Notes: generated by a model from the letters alone, not told the origin. 64,000 bases of DNA from an uncultured Ruficoccus sp. (GCA_965140785.1 OZ223510.1:160001-224000); one strand, 5' to 3'; positions 21,770-31,190 are shown, numbered from the stretch's first letter. Numbers and translations are program-made.

Positions 21770-22614
21770 CTACGCTTGGGCCGGGGCGTTTTCCTCGGCG
21801 GGCTTGGGATCGACCTTGTGCAGATAGACGTCCTGCTGCGGGTAGGGGATGGATATCCCTTCCTCGTCGAAGCGCAGCTTGATCGTCATGTTGAGCCGGA
21901 AAAAAGTCGGCCAGTAGTCCGAGCTCTTAACCCAGGGCCGGACGGCGAAGTTGATGCTGCTGTCAGCCATTTCCAGGACGCCAACGGTGTAGGCCGGGTC
22001 ATCAAGGACGGCCTCGTCGTTGGTGAGGATGTCTTCGAGCACGGCCTGAACCTTGCGCAGGTCGTCGTCGTAGCTGCACCCCACCACCAGGTCCATGCGG
22101 CGGGTGTCGTGAGCGGAGAAGTTTGTGATCGGTCCGCCGGTGATCTGTCCGTTGGGCACGATAATCTTCTTGTTGTCGGGGGTCTTGAACTCGGTTTCGA
22201 AGATGCTCAGCTCGACCACGCTGCCCATGATGCCGGCGGCCTGGATGAAGTCGCCCACGCGGAAGGGCTTGAAGACGAGGATCATGACCCCGGCGGCGAA
22301 GTTGCCCAGCGAGCTCTGCAAGGCGAAACCGATGGCCACGGTACAAGCACCGACGATGGCCACGGCTGAGGTTGTGTTGACCCCGACTTCCTCGAGGGCG
22401 GCGATGATGACAATGGCCACCAAAATGAAGTACAGGACGTTGCTGCAGAACGAAACCACGGCGGCCTCGACCTTGCGGGCGGTCAGTACCCGTCGGAGGA
22501 CCTTGCATACGAACTTGGCCAGGATACGGCCAACGATCAGGATAATAATGGCGTATAACGCCGGAAGGCGTACGTTTCCACCAAGTGCATGATGGTGCTA
22601 GTTTCTTCGTCCAT
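21770..22614 (-). CDS. mscS: Small-conductance mechanosensitive channel, with a 1-nt frameshift near 22562 (pseudogene or sequencing error)
   Basis: IGFALQSSLGNFAAGVMILVFKPFRVGDFI, IIVPNG, ISIPYPQQDV; adding one base near 22562 joins MDEETSTIMHLVETYAF to PALYAIIILIVGRILAK and gives 281 aa. Confidence 0.85.
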
Positions 22615-22707
22615 GGATTTTTATAGAGCGTTAGTGATTAGGAAGACCGGGCAGGTCATTTTTTGCTCGGACCTGCCAACAATCGGCTCATAGAATGGAC
22701 GCTTTAC

Positions 22708-24642
22708 ATGAAAACGTCGAGTATCTCCCTGCGCGTAGCCGATTTTCTTAAGCAACACCCGCCGTTTGAATTTTTCGGCCTGCAGGACCTCGTCAAACTG
22801 GCCGGTTCGGGCCGGGTCAAATTCCACGAGGAGGGGGAGCATGTTTTTGACGAAGGCGAGCCGCGCAACCGCCATTTCTACGTCATCCAGCAGGGGACGG
22901 TGAACATTTATTCGCGCTCGGCCAAGGGCGGCGAAGACCTGATCGATGTCCGGGTCGAGGGCGACCTGCTGGGCATTTTCTGGCTCATGGGCGAGCAGCC
23001 CTACCGCTACACGGCCATCACCGCCAGTGACACCCTGCTGTATGCGCTGCCGTTCGAGGATTTTCTCCCGCTGGTGGCCCGCTACCCAGCGGCGACGCGC
23101 TACCTGGTCGATTACTTTTCCGAAGTGCCCGCCAGCAAGGGCGAGGACGGCGAGGGTACAGATGCCGGCACGGACCACGGCCTGTGGCTCGAAAAGACCG
23201 GGGTGCACCACACCTTCGAACCGGAGGAGTTCCTCAAGTGCGCTCCCGGCGAGTTGATCAAGGATGTGGCGGCCAAGCTCTCGGCCCATCAGCAGCAGGC
23301 GGTCATCGTGGCCGATGCCGAGGGGCTCCCGCTGGGTATCGTGACCGAGGCCGACCTCTGTGGCCGGGTTGCCACCGGGGAGGTCTCCCCCGAGGCCCCG
23401 GTGGAGACGCTGATGACTTCGCCCGTGCGCACCGTCGGCCCCGACCTGAACGCCGGGGAACTGTTGTTGCGCATGCTGCGCCACCGCCTCCGGCACCTGT
23501 GTGTGACGCAGGACGGGACGCCTGCTTCGCCCGTCATGGGACTTATTTCCGAGCGCGAGCTCCAGCTCAACTACGGACGCCTGCCCAATGCTCTGGGGCG
23601 CCAGATCCTGGCCGCGCCCGATGTCCGGGCGCTCTCGAAGCTTCGGGACCGCGCCGACGAGCTGCTGGTCGAGTACCTGGAAAACGAGGCCAACATGGGC
23701 TTCCTCGTCGATTTCGTGGCCGAGATTGACGGGCTGGTGCTGACGCGGGCCCTCCGCATGGGGGAACAGAATCTCCTTAATCGTGGCCTGGAAAAACCCG
23801 AGATCGACTTCTGCTGGATGGCCATGCACAGCGAGGGCCGTAAGGAGCGGCTTATCCGCTCAGCCCAGCGGACGGCTCTGGTCTATGAAGACCCGCCCCC
23901 GGAGATTTTCCGCTACTGCCGCCGCTGGTTTCTGCATCTGGCCGAGGAGGTCAGCCACATCCTGGTCGGGTGCGGTTTTCCCTTCGACACCAACGGTCGC
24001 ATGGCCAGCAACACCGAATGGTGCCAGCCCTTCACCACCTGGAAGGCCTACTACAGCCGCTGGATTCACGAGCCGATCGAAAGCAACATCGTTTCGCTGA
24101 CCTCGCTCTTCGACCTGCGGGCAGTCGGAACAAGTCCCAAGCTGGTCGAGGACCTGGATAGGCACATCCGGGAGGAGATCAAGGAGAGCCCGAACTTCAT
24201 CCCGCTGCTGGCCAACGACGCGATGGCCAACCTGCCGCCGGTCACGATCTTCCGTGACTCGGTCATGGATAAAGCCGGTATCCTCTGGAGCTGCATTGAC
24301 ACCAAAATGCACGCCCTGTACCCGCTGGTGGACGTGGCCCGCGTCTTCGCACTGGAGTATGAGCTGGAGGACTGCACGCACACAGTGGAGCGCTTCGAGC
24401 GAATGGCGGAAGTCCTGCCCGCCGAGCGTGACCTGTTCCGGGCCGCCGCTGACGCCGCCCGCGCCAGCCTGGCCCTCCAGTCGCTGATCGGCCTGCGCCG
24501 GGGCGATAACGGCCAATTTATCCGCCCGCACGAACTGAGCAAATCCGACCAGGAGCACCTCAAAGGCGTTTTTCGTACCATTGTCCGCCTCTTGGACTTC
24601 GCGGCGGCACACTTTAAGCTACAACCGGACGAATCCCGATGA
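22708..24642 (+). CDS. cNMP-binding + CBS pair + DUF294 nucleotidyltransferase-like protein
   Basis: FLKQHPPF cNMP-domain start, PLGIVTEADL and MGLISEREL CBS motifs, SEGRKE, MASNTEWCQ and FDLRAV DUF294 motifs. Confidence 0.88.
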   Translation: MKTSSISLRVADFLKQHPPFEFFGLQDLVKLAGSGRVKFHEEGEHVFDEGEPRNRHFYVIQQGTVNIYSRSAKGGEDLIDVRVEGDLLGIFWLMGEQPYRYTAITASDTLLYALPFEDFLPLVARYPAATRYLVDYFSEVPASKGEDGEGTDAGTDHGLWLEKTGVHHTFEPEEFLKCAPGELIKDVAAKLSAHQQQAVIVADAEGLPLGIVTEADLCGRVATGEVSPEAPVETLMTSPVRTVGPDLNAGELLLRMLRHRLRHLCVTQDGTPASPVMGLISERELQLNYGRLPNALGRQILAAPDVRALSKLRDRADELLVEYLENEANMGFLVDFVAEIDGLVLTRALRMGEQNLLNRGLEKPEIDFCWMAMHSEGRKERLIRSAQRTALVYEDPPPEIFRYCRRWFLHLAEEVSHILVGCGFPFDTNGRMASNTEWCQPFTTWKAYYSRWIHEPIESNIVSLTSLFDLRAVGTSPKLVEDLDRHIREEIKESPNFIPLLANDAMANLPPVTIFRDSVMDKAGILWSCIDTKMHALYPLVDVARVFALEYELEDCTHTVERFERMAEVLPAERDLFRAAADAARASLALQSLIGLRRGDNGQFIRPHELSKSDQEHLKGVFRTIVRLLDFAAAHFKLQPDESR

Positions 24643-25322
24643 ATCTCTTTGGCGATACCGACAGTATCCAGCTCTACCACGAGTCTTTTGGTGAGACCTG
24701 GAACGATTCCGATCCGCTCGATCATGTGCGCTTCGTTGTGCTGGACACGGAAACGACCGGCCTCGACGTGCGCAAGGACTGCATCGTGACCATCGGAGCG
24801 GTGGCCGTCCGGCGCAACCAGATCATGCTCGACGACCAGTATGAGTCCATGATCAAGTTCGCCTTCAATACCTCGGCGGTAGTGGTGCACGGCATCACTC
24901 GGGAAACTGCCCAGGAGGAAGGGGTTGAGGAGCCGGTCGCGCTACGCGAATTTCTCGCCTACCTACGCGACGGGGTCATCGTCGGCCACCACATCGGCTT
25001 CGATGTGGATATGCTCAGCGAGCGTTGCCGCAAGCGTTTCGGCCTGGAAATCCAGAACCGCTGGCTCGACACGATGGAGCTGACCCTGAGGCTGGAGGAG
25101 ATGGGAGCCTTTCCCGGCGACCAGAACGCCCGCAAGGACTTCAGTCTGGACGGGTTGTGTCGGCTTTTCGGCATCCCGCCACATGACCGGCATACCGCCC
25201 CCGGGGACGCTTTTATCACCGCGCAGGTTTTTCTGAAACTTTTACGCCTCGCCCGGCGTTATAACCTGATAAGCCTGGCCGACATCACCCAGCGCTGGCA
25301 GCCGCCCGAAGAGCGAGAGTAG
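24639..25322 (+). CDS. DEDDh 3'-5' exonuclease (DNA polymerase III epsilon-like)
   Basis: VVLDTETTGL, GHHIGFD, RHTAPGDA; overlaps the DUF294 gene stop codon. Confidence 0.9.
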   Translation: MNLFGDTDSIQLYHESFGETWNDSDPLDHVRFVVLDTETTGLDVRKDCIVTIGAVAVRRNQIMLDDQYESMIKFAFNTSAVVVHGITRETAQEEGVEEPVALREFLAYLRDGVIVGHHIGFDVDMLSERCRKRFGLEIQNRWLDTMELTLRLEEMGAFPGDQNARKDFSLDGLCRLFGIPPHDRHTAPGDAFITAQVFLKLLRLARRYNLISLADITQRWQPPEERE

Positions 25323-25382
25323 GGGGCTCGCATCAGGCGTGGAGGGAGTGGCGGCTCGTAGCTGTCAACATCTCTACTCCTG

Positions 25383-25835
25383 ATGCCGATGAAAAAACTC
25401 CTCCTTCGCCGCGTGCTAAACCTGCTGTTGTGGCTCAGCGTGTGCTTCCTTGCCGCCACGGGCTTTGTTATCCACTGGAAGCTGCCACACGGACTCCATG
25501 GGGTGCGCGGGGGAGGCGGCTCGACGCTCCTCGGCCTCAGCCGCCACGACTGGGGCGAATGGCACTTTTGGGTCGGGGTGGGCTTCATTGTCCTCGTGCT
25601 GGCGCACCTCGTCATGGCCTGGCCTTGGCTCAGGAACGCCGCCGCCGGCAGGAAACGCCTTTGGGCCGTGGTGGCCGGGCTTGTCCTTGGGCTGGCCATC
25701 CCAGCCACGCTACTGCTCTATCCGGTAGAAATCGGGAGCGGTGGCAGCGGCGACGGGGCCTCCGTCCAGAGTGGAACGGGCGTGAGCGGCGGACAGGGCA
25801 ACGGTTATCGCGGAGGCCGATCCGACGGCGAGTAG
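25383..25835 (+). CDS. DUF4405 membrane protein
   Basis: LLGLSRHDWGEWHFWVG...LAHL, three transmembrane segments, Gly-rich GNGYRGGR tail. Confidence 0.75.
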   Translation: MPMKKLLLRRVLNLLLWLSVCFLAATGFVIHWKLPHGLHGVRGGGGSTLLGLSRHDWGEWHFWVGVGFIVLVLAHLVMAWPWLRNAAAGRKRLWAVVAGLVLGLAIPATLLLYPVEIGSGGSGDGASVQSGTGVSGGQGNGYRGGRSDGE

Positions 25836-25976
25836 TGCCTCGTTCCACCGGCTTTGATAAAGAAAGCGAAGATTTAACAGGAAGATCGGGAGCCTTATCC
25901 GGTCTATCTAAAGCGGTGTCATCCGCTGCTTAAGCTTTCCAAAGCTGGATGCATGCTTATCATTGGTCGGCCTGGG

Positions 25977-26942
25977 ATGAGTAACATTTATCCATGGGGC
26001 CATGACGGGCGCTATAACGACTTTTCGACGGCTTTCCGCCGTCGCTTCTCTGGGCGCGTGCAAAAGGTCTCTGTGGACGGCGGTTTCACCTGCCCGAATC
26101 GTGACGGAACGCTGGCCGTCAGCGGCTGCACCTACTGCAACAACAGCAGCTTCAATCCCGGCTATTGCCGTGAGCATGGGAGCATCGCCGAGCAGTTGGG
26201 AGAAGGCGTGCGGTTCTTTTCACGCAAGTATCCCTCGATGGGCTTTCTGGCCTACTTCCAGGCCTATTCCAACACCTACGCACCGCTTGATGTGCTGCGG
26301 GAGCGCTACGAGGAAGCTCTCGCCCAGCCAAGCATCGTCGGGCTGGTCCTGGGGACACGCCCGGACTGCGTCACGGCCGACGTCCTCGACTACCTCGCGG
26401 AGTTGGCCCAACGCTGCACGGTGATGGTCGAGTACGGCGTGGAATCCGTCAATGACGCGACGCTTCAACGCATCCGGCGCGGACACACTTTCGAGGATGC
26501 CCGCCGCGCTATCTGCGAAACCGCCCGCCGGGGTATTTCCACCGGCGCGCACCTCATGCTCGGGCTCCCTGGAGAAGACCGTGAGGACTGGCTGGCGCAG
26601 GCCCGGACGATTTCGGCGCTGCCGGTCGATCACCTGAAACTCCACCAGCTCCAGATCGTACGCGGCACGGCCATGGCCCGCGAATACCGGGAGCACCCGG
26701 AGCGCTTCCCGCTCTTCAGCCCGGAGACGTACCTGGAGTTGGTCGTCGATTATCTGGAACAACTGAATCCCCGAATCGTCATCGAGCGCTTTACCAGTGA
26801 GGCCCCCGCCGAGCTACTGATCGCGCCGGATTGGGGCAAGCTGCGCAACTACCAGTTTGCCATGCGGGTAGAGAAACGCCTCCGCGAACGCGACACCTGG
26901 CAGGGGCGGCTTTACTCACCGGTGGCGGCGGTGGCGGAGTAG
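25977..26942 (+). CDS. TIGR01212-family (YhcC-like) radical SAM protein
   Basis: GFTCPNRDGT...GCTYCN, AYFQAYSNTYA, GTRPDC, KLHQLQIV. Confidence 0.9.
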   Translation: MSNIYPWGHDGRYNDFSTAFRRRFSGRVQKVSVDGGFTCPNRDGTLAVSGCTYCNNSSFNPGYCREHGSIAEQLGEGVRFFSRKYPSMGFLAYFQAYSNTYAPLDVLRERYEEALAQPSIVGLVLGTRPDCVTADVLDYLAELAQRCTVMVEYGVESVNDATLQRIRRGHTFEDARRAICETARRGISTGAHLMLGLPGEDREDWLAQARTISALPVDHLKLHQLQIVRGTAMAREYREHPERFPLFSPETYLELVVDYLEQLNPRIVIERFTSEAPAELLIAPDWGKLRNYQFAMRVEKRLRERDTWQGRLYSPVAAVAE

Positions 26943-26967
26943 GAGCATACTTATCCCATTCTGTTTT

Positions 26968-27006
26968 CTTCGCGCCTTTCGTGTCTTCTTTGTGTTCTTC
27001 GTGACC
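26968..27006. repeat. Degenerate ~9-bp tandem units (TTCGTGTYC-like)
   Basis: cttcgcgcc tttcgtgtc ttc tttgtgttc ttcgtgacc between convergent genes. Confidence 0.5.
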
Positions 27007-27020
27007 GTTCTTTTCACCCT

Positions 27021-27914
27021 TCACTCTTGCCGGAAACGCGCGGGAGTGGTTCCGGTATGGCGTTTGAATAAGCGGGAGAAATAGACCGTGTCTTGGTAGC
27101 CGACCTTCCCGGCCACGGCGGCAACCTTGAGGTCGCTGTGGCGCAGCAGGGTCTTGGCGCGCTCGATCCGCATGCCGTGCAGGTAACCGACCGGGCTGAC
27201 CCCGTACTGCTGCCGGAAGACGCGGGCCAGATGTTCGTAGCTGTAGCCCATGCGGCCCAATTCGGCGCACACGGCACTGTCCTCACGGGGGGTGGAGATG
27301 AGCCGGTCGAGGGTCATGCGCACGCGGTAGGCGAGCTCCTCGCGGTGGTGGCCGGTGCGAACGGGGTCCGGGCGCGGGTCGAGCAACCGGATGAGCAGCT
27401 CCAGCAGCACACCGCGGGCGGCGCAGTGCTCATGCGGGTGGGGGCCGCCCAGCATCAGCTCCAGCCGGTCCATCAGGGCGTACACCTGAGCGGGTGCATG
27501 AATGCTGCCGCTCAGGATGCCCGCGGGCACGACTTTAGGCGCCGGACGGAAGAACTCACGGCGCGGGGCGGCGGGGTAAAAGGTCATGACCGGGGTTTCG
27601 TCCGGGATCGGCCAGTGCTCCCAGTCAAAGTGCGCGTAGTAGCGCTTACCGGGGCGCAGGCAGTTGGTCGTGTGCCAGCGACCCGGTGGTATGATCAGGT
27701 AGCTGTTATCCGTGCAGGTGTGGGCGGTGCCGTCGATCTCGATTTCAAAGGCCCCGCTGTGTACGAGAATCACCTCATGGTCATAAATCAAGCGCCGGGG
27801 CTCGACCCAGCCGGCCTCAAGCTGCATGTGGCCGCACAGGCTCCGCACCGCAAAGCCCGAGGGCCGCAGGCTGGGGCAGGGGGAGATGAGCGAAAGCCAG
27901 TCGTCCATTTTCAT
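27021..27914 (-). CDS. AraC-family transcriptional regulator
   Basis: N-terminal cupin (YDHEVILV...IIPPGRWH); C-terminal VAGKVGYQDTVYFSRLFKRHTGTTP. Confidence 0.92.
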   Translation of the reverse strand: MKMDDWLSLISPCPSLRPSGFAVRSLCGHMQLEAGWVEPRRLIYDHEVILVHSGAFEIEIDGTAHTCTDNSYLIIPPGRWHTTNCLRPGKRYYAHFDWEHWPIPDETPVMTFYPAAPRREFFRPAPKVVPAGILSGSIHAPAQVYALMDRLELMLGGPHPHEHCAARGVLLELLIRLLDPRPDPVRTGHHREELAYRVRMTLDRLISTPREDSAVCAELGRMGYSYEHLARVFRQQYGVSPVGYLHGMRIERAKTLLRHSDLKVAAVAGKVGYQDTVYFSRLFKRHTGTTPARFRQE

Positions 27915-28019
27915 AAAATATCATATTAGACCTGTAAATGGTCACTTAAGGCCCTTCATATTCGAATATTTTTCTGATAGTATGTCATAAAAGCAAACCT
28001 TAACCCCACTCGATTTACC

Positions 28020-29024
28020 ATGAAAGCAACCGCACTTGTCACCGACGAAAAACAAAATTTCTCCCTCCGGAGCGTTACCCTGCCCGAACCGGGCGAGGGC
28101 GAAGTCTTGGTCAAAACCCTTTATTCCGGTGTGAGCATCGGCACCGAGTTTGCGCTCATCCGCAACAAGATCAACTGGGGCCCGTACCCGCTGGTCACCG
28201 GCTACATGGGCACCGGCGTGGTAGAAAAGTCCGGCCCCGGCGTCACCGAGGTCAAGGAAGGCGACAAGGTCTTCTTCCGCCATAATGTGGGCAAGACGCT
28301 GCTGGATGACGGCACCGCGATCAGTCCGGTGGCGGGCACGCACAGCTCGCACGTGATCAGCACAATCGGCGGGACGCACGGCCTGGGCAAGCTGCCCGAG
28401 GGCTGCGACCCGGCCACGGCCAGCATGTTCGTCATGCCAGCCGTCGGCTACAAGGCGGTGGATACCTCAGAGCCGAAAATGGGTGAAAACGTCGTGGTCG
28501 TCGGTTGCGGCCTGATCGGCCTCGGCGTCATCGCCGCCTGCGCGATGCGCGGCTGCCGTGTCATTGCCATCGACCTGGAACCCGGCCAGCTCGAGCTGGC
28601 CCGCGCCTTCGGGGCGGACGTTCTCATCAACAGCCGCGAGCGCAACATGGCCGAAGCGGTCAAGGAGGTTTGCCCGGAGGGGGCCGACGTCGTTTACGAA
28701 TCCACCGGCATCCCCGCCCTGGTCAACCCCGCGATCGAGCTGGCCCGCGTGGACGGCAAGTTCATCTGGCAGGGCAACTACGGCGACGCGCCCCTGAGCT
28801 TCTCCTTCATCCCGGCCCACATCCGCCGCCTGAAGATGTACTTCCCCTGCGACGACGGCTACATGCCCTGCCGCCTGACCGTGCTCAAGCACCTGGCCGC
28901 CGGTATCCTGCCCTGGGAAAAGGTCATCACGCACCGCCTCAAGGCCGCCGAAGCGCCCGCCGTATTCAAAAAGATTAATCAGGGTGATAAAACCTACCAG
29001 GGCGTTGTCATCGATTGGTCCTGA
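28020..29024 (+). CDS. Zinc-type (MDR) alcohol/sugar dehydrogenase-like protein
   Basis: SGVSIGTE, YPLVTGY, VVGCGLIG Rossmann motif, GADVVYESTG. Confidence 0.85.
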   Translation: MKATALVTDEKQNFSLRSVTLPEPGEGEVLVKTLYSGVSIGTEFALIRNKINWGPYPLVTGYMGTGVVEKSGPGVTEVKEGDKVFFRHNVGKTLLDDGTAISPVAGTHSSHVISTIGGTHGLGKLPEGCDPATASMFVMPAVGYKAVDTSEPKMGENVVVVGCGLIGLGVIAACAMRGCRVIAIDLEPGQLELARAFGADVLINSRERNMAEAVKEVCPEGADVVYESTGIPALVNPAIELARVDGKFIWQGNYGDAPLSFSFIPAHIRRLKMYFPCDDGYMPCRLTVLKHLAAGILPWEKVITHRLKAAEAPAVFKKINQGDKTYQGVVIDWS

Positions 29025-29066
29025 GTGTAAAAACAACCTCTTCCCGAACCACCAACCCGCTTTATT

Positions 29067-29897
29067 ATGTCCACCATACTTCTGACCGGCGCCAGCGGCT
29101 TTGTCGGCAAAGCCCTCCTGGCCGAGCTCTCCCCGCGCCACCACATGATCACGCTCACCCGCAGCGGTCTCTCCGGCGGTGAGAACCAGACCCACTACCG
29201 CGGTGATTTTGCCAACTTCGAGGATCTGCGCCAGCTCGACACCCACCAGATCGATGGGGTGGTGCACCTGGCCGCCGTTACCGGCGGCTGCCTGGAGCGC
29301 GAGGGCATCCTCGTTAATGTCGAGGGCACCCGCTGCCTCATGCGCTACCTCATCGACCGGGGCTGCAAGAAATTCGTCAACGCCAGCTCGATTGCAGCGG
29401 TGGGCTTCCAGCATGTAAAATTCCGCCCCGAGCAGCTGCCGATCCCCGACGGTCATCCCTGCCTCGACCGCGACGGCTACGGCGTCTCCAAGTACCTGAT
29501 GGAGGAGATCACGCGCTACCTGTGCCTGCAGAACCCGGAGATTGACGTGATCAACCTCCGCCTGGCCTCCATCTATCCCGATGAAGCGCCCGGCGAGAAG
29601 GTAAAGCCCGGTCCCCTGCTGGAGTGGAGCCTCGGCCACCTCACTCAGATGTGCCGCTCGAAGGCGGTGGAAGCGTTCGCGCGCGCCGTCGAGTCCCCGC
29701 ACAAACCCGGCCTACGCATCCTCAATGCCGTCAGCCGCAACTCATGGACAGCCGGCCCCGTGGCTGACGTGCTCCGCGCTTGGTGGGGGAAGGATTACGA
29801 CCTTGGAAGATTCACGGAGGCGGCAGAAAACGGCAATCCATCGGTTTACGACTCCACGGCTATCGAGCGCGAGCTCGGCTTTGTTGCCGAAGCCTAG
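29067..29897 (+). CDS. NAD-dependent epimerase/dehydratase (extended SDR)
   Basis: ILLTGASGFVG, VHLAA, ASS and YGVSK (YxxxK) motifs. Confidence 0.88.
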   Translation: MSTILLTGASGFVGKALLAELSPRHHMITLTRSGLSGGENQTHYRGDFANFEDLRQLDTHQIDGVVHLAAVTGGCLEREGILVNVEGTRCLMRYLIDRGCKKFVNASSIAAVGFQHVKFRPEQLPIPDGHPCLDRDGYGVSKYLMEEITRYLCLQNPEIDVINLRLASIYPDEAPGEKVKPGPLLEWSLGHLTQMCRSKAVEAFARAVESPHKPGLRILNAVSRNSWTAGPVADVLRAWWGKDYDLGRFTEAAENGNPSVYDSTAIERELGFVAEA

Positions 29898-30165
29898 GAG
29901 TTTTTTTGCCCCAAAAGTTTTTGAGCCTAACACACCGTCGGAACTCAGCCTCCGTCGTTTAGGCTCATAATCGGGAACGATTACAAGGTAAGAGCACTGG
30001 TCCCGGGAGGCGGTGCTCTTCTTGTATGTCGTCAGGTCTTATGGAAGGGCAGCCCTTCTCCATGCGTGTGAAGCTACATCGCTAGATTCGTTGTTGAAAT
30101 AGGTTTAATAAGGTTTGTTTATAATAAAACCTAGGTGTATTAGTACATTGACCTAAGTGCCTAAT

Positions 30166-30182
30166 TTGAAATTGAATCTCAA
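30166..30182. promoter_or_regulatory. Fur-box-like palindrome upstream of the porin gene
   Basis: TTGAAATTGAATCTCAA is a near-palindrome of TTGAnAnT-n-AnTnTCAA form in an AT-rich promoter region. Confidence 0.4.
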
Positions 30183-30377
30183 CATCAAGAGCCAATGGGG
30201 GCGGTGTTCCAAACGGCACCGGTTTTGGCTCATAGTTGAAATTAACGTATTGATCTGAAATAAAAAATGACCACTGGTTGAGACGAGGACTCATTTGCGA
30301 ATCTAGCGGGCGCGTTTCAGAGCAATTCTGCTAGTGAGCCTTTCTCAATCTTACCACTCAATCGCGAACCAAGAACC

Positions 30378-31190
30378 ATGAACGCTATCAGTAAAATCCT
30401 ATTCGCTTCGATGACCATCGCCGCCGCCGGGGCTTCTGCCCAGACCGAGGTTTTCCAGGGGGTCTCCCCGGAGGCCGAGGCTCAGGCCCGGGAGGAAGCC
30501 GTCATCGATGGGGTGGAAACCGAAGAGTTTCACGCCTTCGCCAACATCGGTTACGAGTCCATGTACGTGACCTCCGGCGCGCAGGGCGCGTACCAGTCGC
30601 TTCAGCCGAATCTCGAGCTGGCCTACTACGGCGTCTATGCTGGCATCTGGGCGAACCTGCCTCTGGATTCCAACCCTGGCGGCAACTGGACCGGCAGCGA
30701 GTTCTCCGACGAGTACAACATCTACGCCGGGTACGGGATGGGCTTTCTGGATGACCTGCTCACCGCAAGCGCTGGCGCGACTTATTACTGGTATCCGGAT
30801 TTCGGCGTGACCCCGAACCATACCTGGGAACTGAACTTCGCCCTTTCCGCCGACGTCCTGCTGAGCCCCGGCGTGGAAGTCAACTACGACCTGAATCTCA
30901 ACCAGCTCGAAGTCATCATCGTCAGCAGCTATGACTACGACCTGAGTGAATACACCGTAGACGGCCTGGGCTTGGCCGCGGGCGCCGCCTTCGGCTACCT
31001 TCAAAATGAAGACACGCCCGTCTCCTACTTCTATGTGGAAATGGCCGTGGACCTGACCTACGTCTACAATGAAAACTTCTCGGTCTACGCTGGGCCGCGT
31101 TTCTCGACCAATGACGCGGGCAAGGACCAGAATATCGGCGAGCGCGCCACCAACTTCTGGTGGGGCATCGGCGCGACCTTCCAGTTCTAG
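30378..31190 (+). CDS. Putative outer-membrane beta-barrel porin (TIGR02001/TorF-like)
   Basis: Signal peptide, alternating amphipathic beta strands (YAGIWAN, EYNIYAGY, GATYYWYP), C-terminal Phe (GATFQF). Confidence 0.7.
   Translation: MNAISKILFASMTIAAAGASAQTEVFQGVSPEAEAQAREEAVIDGVETEEFHAFANIGYESMYVTSGAQGAYQSLQPNLELAYYGVYAGIWANLPLDSNPGGNWTGSEFSDEYNIYAGYGMGFLDDLLTASAGATYYWYPDFGVTPNHTWELNFALSADVLLSPGVEVNYDLNLNQLEVIIVSSYDYDLSEYTVDGLGLAAGAAFGYLQNEDTPVSYFYVEMAVDLTYVYNENFSVYAGPRFSTNDAGKDQNIGERATNFWWGIGATFQF

Noticed and set aside
22708..25322. Nucleotidyltransferase + nuclease pair as a CBASS-like or other anti-phage system
   Set aside because: The architecture is the known cNMP-CBS-DUF294/DEDDh pair in a core-gene context, not a CD-NTase, and the catalytic aspartates are missing
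30028..30058. GTCAGGTC...GGAAGGGCAGCC resembling SRP (4.5S) RNA helix 8
   Set aside because: Lacks the GNRA tetraloop, the correct AGCAG spacing and the long enclosing stem
30184..30240. ATCAAGAG start resembling a SAM-I riboswitch
   Set aside because: The downstream SAM-I elements (kink-turn P2, GCAACC, GTGC, closing GAT) are not in place
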